Below, in pieces: positions 48,466 through 61,099 of a DNA stretch of 64,000 nucleotides; the stretch's first letter is position 1, and each line of letters begins with the position of its first letter. The DNA is from Macrostomum lignano (Eukaryota), in NCBI GenBank assembly GCA_002269645.1, contig NIVC01000594.1, positions 186,001 through 250,000 of the forward strand. The letters run 5' to 3'. The notes under the pieces were generated by a model. The model worked only from the letters and a program-made list of their open reading frames with translations. It searched no databases and was not told where the DNA came from. The position numbers and the translations under genes are program-made.

Positions 48466-49887
48466 TGTGGACACCCTCAGTGTCTCTGGTGTGGACACCA
48501 TCAGTGTCTCTGGTGTGGACACCCTCCGTGTCTCTGGTGTGGACACCCTCAGTGTCTCTGGTGTGGACACCATCAGTGTCTCTGGTGTGGATACCATCAG
48601 TGTCTCTGGTGTGGACACCCTCAGTGTCTCTGGTGTGGATACCATCAGTGTCTCTGGTGTGGACACCCTCAGTGTCTCTGGTGTGGACACCCTCAGTGTC
48701 TCTGGTGTGGACACCCTCAGTGTCTCTGGTGTGGACACCATCAGTATCTCTGGTGTGGACACCATCAGTGTCTCTGGTGTGGACACCCTCAGTGTCTCTG
48801 GTGTGGACACCATCAGTGTCTCTGGTGTGGACACCCTCAGTGTCTCTGGTGTGGACACCCTCAGTGTCTCTGGTGTGGACACCCTCAGTGTCTCTGGTGT
48901 GGGCACCCTCAGTGTCTCTGGTGTGGACACCCTCAGTGTCTCTGGTGTGGACACCATCAGTGTCTCTGGTGTGGATACCATCAGTGTCTCTGGTGTGGAC
49001 ACCCTCAGTGTCTCTGGTGTGGACACCCTCAGTGTCTCTGGTGTGGACACCCTCAGTGTCTCTGGTGTGGACACCCTCAGTGTCTCTGGTGTGGACACCC
49101 TCAGTGTCTCTGGTGTGGACACCCTCAGTGTCTCTGGTGTGGACACCCTCAGTGTCTCTGGTGTGGACACCCTCAGTGTCTCTGGTGTGGACACCCTCAG
49201 TGTCTCTGGTGTGGACACCCTCAGTGTCTCTGGTGTGGACACCATCAGTGTCTCTGGTGTGGACACCCTCAGTGTCTCTGGTGTGGACACCCTCAGTGTC
49301 TCTGGTGTGGACACCATCAGTGTCTCTGGTGTGGACACCATCAGTGTCTCTGGTGTGGACACCCTCTGTGTCTCTGGTGTGGACACCCTCTGTGTCTCTG
49401 GTGTGGACACCCTCAGTGTCTCTGGTGTGGACACCCTCAGTGTCTCTGGTGTGGACACCCTCAGTGTCTCTGGTGTGGACACCCTCAGTGTCTCTGGTGT
49501 GGACACCCTCAGTGTCTCTGGTGTGGACACCCTCAGTGTCTCTGGTGTGGACACCCTCAGTGTCTCTGGTGTGGACACCCTCAGTGTCTCTGGTGTGGAC
49601 ACCATCAGTGTCTCTGGTGTGGACACCCTCAGTGTCTCTGGTGTGGACACCATCAGTGTCTCTGGTGTGGACACCATCAGTGTCTCTGGTGTGGACACCC
49701 TCTGTGTCTCTGGTGTGGACACCCTCAGTATCTCTGGTGTGGACACCCTCAGTGTCTCTGGTGTGGACACCCTCAGTGTCTCTGGTGTGGACACCCTCAG
49801 TGTCTCTGGTGTGGACACCCTCAGTGTCTCTGGTGTGGGCACCCTCAGTGTCTCTGGTGTGGGCACCCTCAGTGTCTCTGGTGTGGT
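48466..49887. repeat. 24-bp minisatellite (GTGTCTCTGGTGTGGACACCCTCA), about 59 units
   Basis: Direct reading. Confidence 0.97.
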
Positions 49888-50037
49888 TTATGATATCACC
49901 TGCTCTCAGTAGCGGCGGCCAGCGTAATGTGCACCAGCACGCGACCCCCCCCCCCTAATCACGAGTCCAATGCGAGAGCAATAAAACCGAGCTATAATTC
50001 CTTTGCAATATCATCTGAGCAATAGATTTAATAGCAA

Positions 50038-50071
50038 TCTATCTATCTATCTATCTATCTATATATCTATC

Positions 50072-50163
<92 letters not shown>

Positions 50164-50164
50164 C

Positions 50165-50238
<74 letters not shown>

Positions 50239-50256
50239 TTATCTATCTATCTATCT
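50038..50256. repeat. (TATC)n microsatellite
   Basis: Direct reading. Confidence 0.97.
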
Positions 50257-50894
50257 AAACTACCTATCTGAAGAGATTCTAACAGAGCCTGAAGAAGGCA
50301 AGCCAGCCAAAGCAACAGAACAGAAAGGCTTTTAGCTCCGGGCCAGACGGGCTGGTTGGGGGCTGTGCCGAACTCGGACCGCCCCCCAACCCCACCCCCC
50401 TAAAAGGTGGCACACAGAGGGGGGGCGGCAGAGAAGCAGCTGCGATCGAAGACGTGCCCCCTGACCCTCGTCCCGGCAACAGCGCTTCAACTCCCAGTGG
50501 GGAACCCTAGCTGAGTCGCATACGACTACTCGGCAAAGTTTAAGCAAGCCATACCATGCATAGTCTCTCCCGCTTAGACAAGCCGGGTTGTCTTCATTGC
50601 AGTCTGTTTGACAAATTGCTCGAACGGAGGGAAGAGAGGCAGTGCCGGTACTTCAGCAGTCCTGACACCGGGGCTGAAATGGGGAAGTCACTTAAACCTA
50701 CCCAACTGAAGTAGCTGCTTATGGGGCTAAATATTGAATCGCTAGTGTGTCTCAATATTTATATTGATATCCAGAATGCTGCTCACTTTACTAGTACTTA
50801 GCACTGATTGACAGTTGATGGTGCTGAGTCTGCGTGAGCTTAATTTCGAAGAAGAGAGATTTCTCTTCCTATAGGAAGTTATTGTGTCGAAAGA

Positions 50895-51495
50895 GAGGAG
50901 AGAAAAGATGGGAGAGAGGGAGAGAGGGAGAGAGGGAGAGAGAGGGAGAGAGGGAGAGAGAGGGAGAGAGGGAGAGAGGGAGAGAGAGGGAGAGAGGGAG
51001 AGAGAGGGAGAGAGGGAGAGAGGGAGAGAGAGGGAGAGAGGGAGAGAGAGGGAGAGAGGGAGAGAGGGAGAGAGGGAGAGAGAGGGAGAGAGGGAGAGAG
51101 AGAGAGGGAGAGAAGGAGAGAGAGAGAGGGGGGGAGAGAGGGAGAGAGAGAGAGGGAGAGAGGGAGAGAGAGGGAGAGAGGGAGAGAGAGGGAGAGAGGG
51201 AGAGAGAGAGAGAGAGGGAGAGAGTGGGAGAGAGGGAGAGAGAGGGAGAGAGAGGGAGAGAGAGGGAGAGAGGGAGAGAGAGACAGAGAGAGACAGAGAA
51301 AGGAAGAGAGAGGAGAGAGAGAGAGAGAGGGAGAGAGAGAGAGAGGGAGAGAGAGAGACGGAGAGAGAGGGAGAGAGAGAGACAGAGAGAGACAGAGAGA
51401 GAGAGACAGAGAAAGGAAGAGAGAGGGAGAGAGAGAGACAGAGGGAGAGAGAGACAGGGAGAGAGAGACAGGGAGAGAGAGAGAGAGAGAGAGGA
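50895..51495. repeat. GA-rich polypurine tract
   Basis: Direct reading. Confidence 0.95.
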
Positions 51496-51560
51496 GGGCA
51501 CCTCCAATCTCAGGCCCTGACACGGTAGAAAGGACTGAACAAAGTCAATTTAGTTGGATT

Positions 51561-51598
51561 GCCGATATTTCGAAATTATTAAATTTCTTCGTCAGAGC
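51561..51598 (-). ncRNA. Minimal type I hammerhead ribozyme motif
   Basis: Minus strand reads GCU-CUGACGA-A-GAAAUU(UAAU)AAUUUC-GAAA-UAUC-GGC: both catalytic boxes, a perfect 6-bp stem II, palindromic AUAU stem III, and a 3-bp stem I. Confidence 0.75.
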
Positions 51599-52024
51599 TG
51601 TAAGCGAGTAAAATTTATTATGCGTGAATTGCCGTCAATATATAAAGGCGATATCGCCAGGGAGAGACGATCGATAAATGGGTGTGCTCAAGCACTTAAA
51701 ACAGTACGCATGGCCAGTACATTAAAACGAGTCTGAGACTGTGAGAAATGCGGAGGGGGTGGCTAGAACTGTACAAGTGGGCCTAAACGACCTTAAAGTG
51801 TAGGAGAACAATTGTAAAATTAAAAGGCATAATAAATAGACAAGGTAAATAAAAAGTTAGTAAAAGCTCAGAGCAAAAAATGCAGGTGCACCGTACACAG
51901 TGTTTGAAAACCTTAGAATAAAAAAGCAGAGAAAAAATAAACAAAAAAAAAACCAATGAAAAAAATCACAGAAGGGAGCACAAAATAACAGTAAAAGACT
52001 TTGCACAGGCGTCAGAAAAAGGAA

Positions 52025-52642
52025 TTAGTTGGCAGGATCCAGCCGGCTATGACAGAGCAGAGTACGGAGGCTCCTCCCCTTGGTGTAGGCGGGCAGCACC
52101 GGGGTCTCGCAGTGCCGTATCACCCTGTCCTTCACCTTGGCAGCCAGGGCGTCGGAGGTCGCACAGTGCGGCAGGATCAGCGGGATGGCCGGGTTGTGCA
52201 GCACGCCGGCAAGTTCGTTGGCGCCGTGTGGAACACGAGTCCTCAGGACCTCGATGAACTTGGCGGGAGAGAGGGAGAGAGAGGGAGAGAGAGGAAGAGA
52301 AGGAGAGAGAGAGGAGAGAGAGGGAGAGAGAGAAAGAGGGAGAGAGAGAGAGAGAGGGAGAGAGAGAGAGAGGGAGAGAGAGAGAGAGGGAGAGAGAGAG
52401 AGGGAGAGAGGGAGAGAGAGAGAGGGGGAGAGAGGGAGAGAGAGAGAGGGAGAGAGAGGGAGAGAGGGGGAGAGAGGAGAGAGAGAGAGGGAGAGAGGAG
52501 AGAGAGAGAGAGAGAGAGGGGGAGAGGGAGAGAGAGAGAGAGAGAGGAGAGAGAGGGAGAGAGAGGAAGAGAAGGAGAGAGAGAGGAGAGAGAGGGAGAG
52601 AGAGAGAGGGAGAGAGAGGAGAGGGAGAGAGAGGGAGAGAGG

Positions 52643-52673
<31 letters not shown>

Positions 52674-53022
52674 GGAGAGAGAGGAAGAGAAGGAGAGAGA
52701 GAGAGGAGAGAGAGGGAGAGAGAGAGAGGAGAGAGAGGGAGAGAGGGGGGAGAGAGGGAGAGAGGGGGAAGAGAGGAGAGAGAGAGAGGAGAGGAGAGGG
52801 AGAGAGAGGGAGAGAGGGAGAGAGAGAGAGGGAGAGAGAGAGAGAGGAAGAGAGAGAGAGAGGGAGAGAGAGAGAGGGAGAGAGGGAGAGAGAGGGAGAG
52901 AGAGAGAGAGAGAGGGAGAGAGAGAGAGAGAGGGAGAGAGGGAGAGAGAGAGAGAGAGGGAGAGAGAGAGAGAGAGGGAGAGAGGGAGAGAGAGGGAGAT
53001 AGAGAGAGAGGGAGAGGGGGGA

Positions 53023-53073
<51 letters not shown>

Positions 53074-53187
53074 GGAGAGAGAGAGAGGAGAGAGAGGGAG
53101 AGAGGGGAGAGAGGGAGAGAGAGAGAGAGGAGAGAGAGAGAGAGGGGGGGAGAGAGGGAGAGAGAGAGAGGGAGAGGGAGAGAGAGA

Positions 53188-53228
<41 letters not shown>

Positions 53229-53326
53229 AGAGAGAGAGGGAGAGAGAGGGAGAGAGGGGGAGAGAGGGGAGAGAGAGAGGGGGAGAGAGGGAGAGAGAGA
53301 GAGAGGGAGAGAGAGAGAGAGGGAGA

Positions 53327-53367
<41 letters not shown>

Positions 53368-53475
53368 GGGGGAGAGAGGGAGAGAGAGAGAGGGAGAGAG
53401 GGGGGAGAGAGGGAGAAAGAGGAGAGCTTCACGGTGCATCGAGTTATTCCAACAATTGGCAACCTGTTTCAACTC
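52025..53475 (-). mobile_element. Penelope-like retroelement C-terminal coding remnant split by a GA-rich expansion
   Basis: GC3-biased frame PAKFIEVL...IPLILPHC...PAYTKGRSLRTLLCHSRLDPAN-stop (52267-52025) resembles the PLE post-RT region. An upstream piece (NSMHREALLFL) lies beyond the repeat, and a hammerhead motif lies about 430 nt downstream on the same strand. Confidence 0.5.
52268..53425. repeat. GA-rich polypurine tract, about 1.15 kb
   Basis: Direct reading. Confidence 0.95.
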
Positions 53476-53759
53476 TGTGGGTTCTTTTCCAGGTTAGAGA
53501 AGATAAAAAGTAACTTTCTACTATAACATGTAAGATATTTAAAAGCTAAAAAATATTATACAATACTTACTTCGCAGTTTCTTAATTAGTTACCTAACAA
53601 AAATGCAAATTATTAACACCACCGGCTGTTAAAAAGCCAATCCATGAGAAGAAGATAAGATAGCACTTGGCAGTTTCCTAAAATAATCACTGCTGTGTAT
53701 AAATAGACAAGATTTCACTTACACTGCAGATTATAACAAATCTGTACTGCTGGGGTGGC

Positions 53760-53960
53760 GAGAGAGTGAGATTGAGAGTGAGAGGGAGATTGAGAAGGAG
53801 GGTGAGAGGGAGGCTGAGAGGGAGGGTGAGAGGGAGGGTGAGAAGGATGAGAAGGAGTGTGAGAGGGAGGATGAGAAGGGGGTGAGAGTGAGGGTGAGAG
53901 GGAGGGTGGGTGAGACGGAGGGTGAGAGGGAGGGTGAGAGGGAGGGTGAGAGGGAGAGTG
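53760..53960. repeat. 12-bp-based (GAGGGAGGGTGA)n repeat
   Basis: Direct reading. Confidence 0.85.
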
Positions 53961-54714
53961 ATGGTAGATAAGAGAGGGGACTTAGCTGCAGGGCTGTCCC
54001 GGAGGGGACACAGCGGGAAGGCGCGGGCGCCCATTCCGCTAAATAAGAGAGAAGAAGTTTAGACCAGAAAGTGATGAGGCAGATATTGAACGCCTAAATG
54101 TACGTGGAAGCACTGAAAAAGTACGAGTACAATATTGTGCAAAAGGGCATCGCACATCTTAATAAAGTGATATATGACTTTCTGAAGCCAGCCTGTGTGT
54201 AGCAATTGTTGAATTTTATTCCACGTCAACCCCTACAGCGAATATGCTGCCATAAAAAGTCCATAAACAATGCATGAAAATTCTACACAGATCATGACAG
54301 CAAAATGCCTCACGGCGCCCTCACATTAGCACTTTAGAGGCATTGATTTTTACAGAATTGCAATTTTTTTGTTGATTTTCGAATTTAATCAAATTAATTC
54401 GCGATAAGGGGGAGGAAAAGATCCAACAACAAGATTAGAGATATAAAAATGAATTTCGGAAAAATACCAGTCCAGACGCGTGGACTTAGAAATCCTTGAA
54501 CTCCGGGGTTTAGGAAGCTCAGAAGCTGCGGCATTGGCTGGTTGCGGCCAAATGTTGTTGAATTCCCATTTTAAAACTGAGAGACTGAGCACTCGCCAGA
54601 CTAAACTGCGTTCCCAATTTCACCGATTGAAGAGAAACGTATTGGATTGGAATTGGTGAGACAAATTTTTTAATGTTTTAATGTAAGTGAACCATGAATT
54701 TGAAATTAGTACGG

Positions 54715-55120
54715 TTCTGGCGCCATTCGTATAATGATACTGGCGCCATTTAGACATTGGTTCTAGCGCCATTTGGATACTGGTTCTGGTGTCATTTTGA
54801 TCCGGGTTCTGGCGCCATTTAGGTCACAGTTCTTGCGCCATTTAGGTCACAGTTCTGGCGTCATTTAGGTCACAGTTCTTGCGCCATTTAGGTCACAGTT
54901 CTGGCGCCATTTAGATCACAGTTCTGGCGCCATTTAGGTCACAGTTCTGGCGCCATTTAGGTCACAGTTCTGGCGCCATTTTAGATCACAGTTCTGGCGC
55001 CATTTAGGTCACAGATCTGGCGCCATTAAGATGTGGGTTCTGGCGCCATTTAGATATGGGTTCTGGCGCCAATAAGATGTGGGTTCTGGCGCCATTTAGA
55101 TATAGGTTCTGGTGCCATTT
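54715..55120. repeat. 23-bp minisatellite (TGGCGCCATTTAGGTCACAGTTC)
   Basis: Direct reading. Confidence 0.92.
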
Positions 55121-55454
55121 GTTTGCTTATATTGGATTGCAATGTCCTAATCAAATAATGAATGAAAATGGACTCATGAAATGATGAAGTGATAAAACCT
55201 GGCTTTTCTTTATATAACGAATGCCAAAATGTAGTCGGGATGCGGGATACAGGACTAGAGTGAGTAGCTCGCTTTGAAATACTTAGCTAACTTACTCTGA
55301 GATCTTCATGACAGCTTCTCCCTGTGGGACTGAAGGACCAGCAGCTGCTCAGCGTGACCCAAATATTTTGGTGAAACTCGCTACCATGGGGCTGTCGGAT
55401 TCAGTTGCGTTACAGTTGACTTGAAGCTGGTCTGATTAGGATGCACTGGAACTG

Positions 55455-55812
<358 letters not shown>

Positions 55813-57214
55813 AAGAGACAGATCAGCTAAGAAGCTGGGGGCACTAGGACATTAAGATGCTATGACAGACAGACAGAAAAGAGAAAAAATGCAGCTGTTG
55901 CTGGGCGGATGAAAAAAAAACTGATACCGAGAGTTGCTAAACAGCCTCCTCCTTCTAGCAACTTTTTGGCAGCAGAGCCCTGCATTAATTTATTCCACAG
56001 TAAACTGGGATTCTATTTTCGACAGACGGGTCCCATTGATTTCGGGCAACCAATTTGCCTCTCTGCCCCTCGAGGTTGCCGAACAAAAAAAACACAGCAA
56101 GCTGCCTTCAGTCCCCGCGGCTATCATTGCAGCTTCCCAATTTCGCAAGATCAACAAACCAACTGGACCAGGTGGCTCTGACTGACAACTTCACTATTTT
56201 TTAATCTCCACTATTTTTTCAGTAGGGGGAATCGAGGGACAACTCGGCTTTGCCCAAGCAGGCTTAGCAAGAGTGGTTTATGGCATAATTGTGTGGTATA
56301 ATTCCGTTATATGGGGTTTGTGGTAGGTATACGAGTTGATGATAGTCCGCCTATCGGGGCCTCCCTTTAGGGGGAGTTTTTGGCTAGTCATATATACTAA
56401 AATAAGCAATGCTAATTCAATGCGTCACAGCAGACTGCGGCATTATTAAACAGCGGAAACATTTTAGCGCTTAACGCTAACTCTGTATTCAAGACTGTGT
56501 TGTTAAGCAAATATTGCAAATATAAGTTAGTGACTTTGAGATGGAGACAGAGCGACCATGGAGACAGGGGTCCGCTTTTAATTATCTGCGCGGTGGCCAA
56601 CTGGGGAGATTTTTCTGGGATTTTGCCCACCGTTGCTCGGTAAGTCTCCACCTCGGTGACTCTGGCTTCGATTCTGGAATTATTTCTGGTAGGCGTGTTT
56701 GGAATAATTATTAGGGCTCCAAGCCGAGAAGAACGAGCTCCGAGTGCCTCTGTGTGCGATTGTAAACAGAGCAGACTCAAGCAGGCACAAAGAAGCGGGC
56801 TGAGCGTGTACTTTACTGACCGACTGACTGACTGACTGACTGACTGACTGACTGACTGACTGACTGACTGACTGACTGACTGCAACTTGATTAAAACTTA
56901 AATGAGTATTCAACTCTCTGGGCAGTTAATCACGTTTCTGCCATTTAATTTTTTCTCTTCATTTCTGCATCCCAGTTGTTTATTAAGCCTTCAGGCACGA
57001 TTTAGCAGTGAAAGGAAAAGTCCGTGTTTAGGCAACAATCACGTTTTATTTCCAACGGCGCCTGGAAAAAACTAAAATTCTCATCAATTTTAAACTGCAA
57101 TAATTTGACAATCATAATCGCAATTAATTCTGCGATTCGTGACCGACCAATTGGATTAACAGATAGAATTTCGCTTTTTACAATTTACTGAATTTTTATC
57201 ACTCGACCGGCAAA

Positions 57215-57488
57215 TGGGTCTTCAAGGATGTGACTGGGCCATCAAGGATGTGACTGGGTCATCAAGAATGTGACTGGGTCATCAAGAATGTGACTGGGCC
57301 ATCAAGGATGTGACTGGGCCATCAAGAATGTGACTGGGCCATCAAGGATGTGACTGGGTCATCAAGAATGTGACTGGGTCATCAAGAATGTGACTGGGCC
57401 ATCAAGGATGTGACTGGGCCATCAAGGATGTGACTGGGCCATCAAGGATGTGACTGGGCCATCAAGGATGTGACTGGGTCATCAAGGA
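57215..57488. repeat. 20-bp minisatellite (GGATGTGACTGGGCCATCAA); degenerate units also at 59648-59711
   Basis: Direct reading on both sides of the LINE. Confidence 0.92.
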
Positions 57489-59640
57489 CTCCTGAAGTAA
57501 GATGATGCCCGGTTTTGCGAAGTTGGCCAACCTGAATCAAGTTGGTCGAAGCCGCGATGCAGCGGTGCAGGTTCAGCTGCAGGATGTCCACTCCCGGAAT
57601 TTCACGGGTGGTCCGTGCAGCTTCCTGCTTGCTCAGGGCGAATTTTGCAGGAGAGCTGCCTCTTTCGCCTCGCCGATGGCTCCAGGCTCCAGTTCCATGG
57701 GCTCCTCCCGGATAGTTTCCATGGTCGAGGGCGGGGCTGCCACAGGGCGGCATTCGTACTCTCGGCCCAGTTTTCCGGGTGGGCCGCAGTGGTGATACTG
57801 TGCTGAGGGTTGCTGCGGTTTTTGAGCCTTTGGCGGTGTCCCAGCAGCTGCGGTTTCCGGCCCTTTCCACGTCCGCCTGTTGCTGCAGCTTTCGCGGCTT
57901 TCCCTCTGACAGGGTCCATGTCCTCGGAGGGGTCGTGACGACCGGGAGCTTCTTTTCCTGGGCGAACCCCCGCTCGCCTGCTTACGCTTCTCCGGGGGCG
58001 GTGGACGGGTGGCGTCAGACTCAAAGCTAAAGAACTGAATCTGCATCAGCCCGACAGAGATGAGGGACATGTCCGGATAGCGGAGCATCCAGCTATCTGA
58101 CAGTCGAGGATTGCCGTGAAACCGTCTCCGCCCAGCTTGGAGATGGTCTCGTGAACTACGACGCCATTTGCCGGCAGGTCCGGATTTGGTTGCCAGCAGC
58201 AGGCGGCGCAGCTCGTCGGCGTTGGTGATGGCGCTGCGAGCCGGAATCCAGGCACGGTGCCGGTGTGTCCGGGGTCGCTCGTCCTCCCTGTATATAAATA
58301 GGTTTCCCAGTTCTGCACCCGAGTCGAAGGCTTTCAGCGTCTCAAGGAGCTGCTGCCCAGACTGGCTGTCGGTGGGCTGGATGTGGAGGGCCTGGTCCTC
58401 GACATTCGTCTTCAGGACTTGAATGACGGTGCCGCTCAAGGCAATCCTGACCAGGTGGGAGTCCAACCTGCGCCAGATTTGGTCGAGCCGTTTGACCGAG
58501 AGAGGCGTCTCCTGGCCTTGAATGATCAGGGCCGGCTGCCTCTTGGCCATAGCCGCATAGGTGCGCCTCGGCTTAGTGGTTTGGCCAGCACCCAACGTTT
58601 TGTATCCATCTGCAGCCGTGGGAGTTTCCACACGAGCAGAGGTCCCGCCGCGGAGGGGCAGCCGCACCAGAAGCTTTGGCGGCACCCGACGCTTCCGGCC
58701 GACGCGCGGGGTCCGCCCCTTTGTCGGATGTCGGTCCCTCCGCGGCGGGATTCCCAGAGTTTCCGGCCCCTCCTCAGAGGCGGCAGATGAGGCGGCTATC
58801 GCACTCCTCCGTTCCTCCTCTTTGCGCTGGCGGAAAGCTTGGTAACGAGCGATGCTACGGGCCTTCCGCTTAGAGATCGGGGCCCGCTGCCCTGTTTTCC
58901 AGCCACTTCGTATTGTCCTGAGTGGCAGCAGGGTTGTTCGGCTGAGAGGCATCGGAAGTTCCGGTGCTGCAAACGTCGGTTGAGCCGCGGTACCAACCGG
59001 TTGCCGTTCCAGCAGCATCAAGGGACGCGTTGGAAGTAGTAGAATACTCATGAGTCGCTGAAAAGCAGGTTGGGATTAGAGGTAATTAGAGGTGCTGGGC
59101 CGTAACCCCAAACCCAACAGCCAGCCAAAAGAAATAGCGACCAGGGGGTGGCTTAAGCGCTTACTGGCCCGACCGCTGGCAACCGAGAAACTCCTCGGCT
59201 AAGAGCCGGCTTGGAGAGAACAGAGGCCGAACAAAGGTCCATCAGCGCGGTACTACACTTGGCCCTTGAGAGAGACAAAAAAGGCTGTCTCTGGAGCCTG
59301 CGGACTGGCCGCATACCCTGATAAGGTCAGAGGGTGATACCTGTTCCTCAGAGCCGTGGCTAGAGGTACCTGATATGCACAGGTTCACTTTCGGGCAGAG
59401 CCGTACCCAAAGCGGCCAAGACAGAAGCCGAGGCCACGGATGGGTTGCCGCCGCTGGAGCCCAGTCAGTCCAGCAGCCCTAGAGCTGCCTTGAACACATG
59501 CAGGACGTGAACCCCTGGGTCAGCTTGTGAGTCAGCTTGGAGAGTTCCTGCACCAGAATAGAGGGGGTGCAGGTGTGTAGTATCGCAGACCTTATCTCGT
59601 AAGCCTAGTCTGTCTCATGCTACACAGGCGTGCCGAGCTC
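57489..59640 (-). mobile_element. Non-LTR retrotransposon (R1/LOA-like): 5' UTR, ORF1 and the first about 40 codons of ORF2
   Basis: ORF1 at 59051-57633 has small frameshifts and a DUF4780-like segment (RAWIP...LRRLLLATNPDL). It is followed by an APE endonuclease start, ILQLNLHRCIAASTNL...IILLQE, then an abrupt junction with a minisatellite. Confidence 0.8.
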
Positions 59641-60404
59641 ACCATTGCATGCGACTGGGTCTTTACGGATGTGACTGGGTCCTGAAGGATGTTACTGGGT
59701 CTTCAAGGATGAGATTTCTCAATTTCTCTGAAGGACGTTTCTGAATGGTGCAAAAAACTTTGTGAGTCTAATGATTCTACAAGCCACCAAAAGCGATTTC
59801 AAGCATGGTATAAGTTAACTGATTGAGGGTATTAATTCAACGCTTTCAATGATAGGATTTTGAGTTTCGAAATTTCGAGAATAATTTCTCAGATATGCCA
59901 AGTCAACTGCAGCTAAAGAGGTGATCATAGAATATATTAGATCAAGTTCAAGCCCAATGCCTTGAATAATGCAGATCTGAAAAGGGAAGAACTGGCAGAT
60001 TAGGGAGTTTTCCCGAACAGGTTTCGGGCGGTAGGAAGACTGGCTAGCTGACTCGACCCCACCCTACCACTGCAGGTCAGAAAAGGCATTCGACAGAAAG
60101 CCAGTTAAGGCAAAAATGAGGATTCTTTGTCAGGCAAGCACCAACCTCTCTCTGATTTCAGTCTCCGCTATCAATCTGTTTTTAACGTTTTTACGATAGC
60201 TGAAGAATAACCGGCGGTGTCCCTTCATCCGGAATGTACTCTATTTTGGTGGGTTGCCACACGCTTCGCAATCTCCACACTTCATAATCCTCTCTGGCAG
60301 ACGCCAATCGACAAACGAGTACTTTCTGTACTTGAGACAAAAACAAACTTGAAAACGAGCACTATGGGATGATATTGATCTTGATGTATGGATGGATTCT
60401 TAGA

Positions 60405-60510
60405 ATAGGGTGTGCGGGATTCTTAGAATCGGGTATGCGGGATTCTTAGAATAGGGTGTGTGAGATTCTTAGATTAGACTGTGCGGGATTCTTAGAATCG
60501 GGTGTGCGGT
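60405..60510. repeat. 23-bp minisatellite (GGATTCTTAGAATAGGGTGTGCG)
   Basis: About 4 units. Confidence 0.85.
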
Positions 60511-60715
60511 ACAGGCGTACCGTTGCATTACATTGACTTGCCCTACTACTCAAAAGCTTGACTGCAGAATTGCAGCACTCATAAGCGAGAGAAGCTCCCT
60601 GTACAATGGCCCTACTGTCTCGACTGTGGACTGGCAGTGTTAATTAAATATATACAGCGGAGGTGCCCTGCGGCTTTGGCTTGAGCAATTAGAGTTTTCA
60701 GGCACCTTTTGACAG

Positions 60716-61063
60716 GTGAGTAATTAACAGGTGTCCCGCCTAGGATAGACATTTAATTGACGGGTAGCGTTGAAGAGTGCAGCTAATTGATTAAATAAGA
60801 CGATTTGTAGTCACTAACTTAGTCAGGGCAGCATAAAAAATCAACAAAGAGAATATTGAAGACAACAGTATATATTTGTGGGACTTTTTTGGCGCTCATG
60901 TACAAATCCCATACATGTAGTTCGTATCCCTTTGTCGAACTATAAATTCAATATATTTATGTATATTGAAACTGTGAAAATTATTTCAAATGCTTGGCTC
61001 CAAACCGGAAACTACTCATACATGTAATAATTTTAGTTTTGTGTCACCAACCTGCAATTTCAG
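60716..61063 (+). other. Probable 5'-UTR intron of the second DEG/ENaC gene
   Basis: Strong CAG|GTGAGT donor at 60716 and a caatttcAG acceptor 36 nt before the ATG. Confidence 0.45.
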
Positions 61064-61099
61064 ACCTGATAGTCACGTGACAGACGATACTTCAGCATC

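Noticed and set aside
48400-49958. Four ORFs of 469-506 aa
   Set aside because: All are translations of one 24-bp tandem repeat, open in several frames on both strands, with no coding flanks.
50287-50316. Hammerhead-like CTGAAGAAGGC...GCCAAAG
   Set aside because: Lacks the G of the GAAA box and has no stem III or stem I pairing; at best a dead remnant.
50834-53513. Long ER-rich and LS-rich ORFs, likewise those at 374-1075
   Set aside because: Stop-free polypurine/polypyrimidine tracts.
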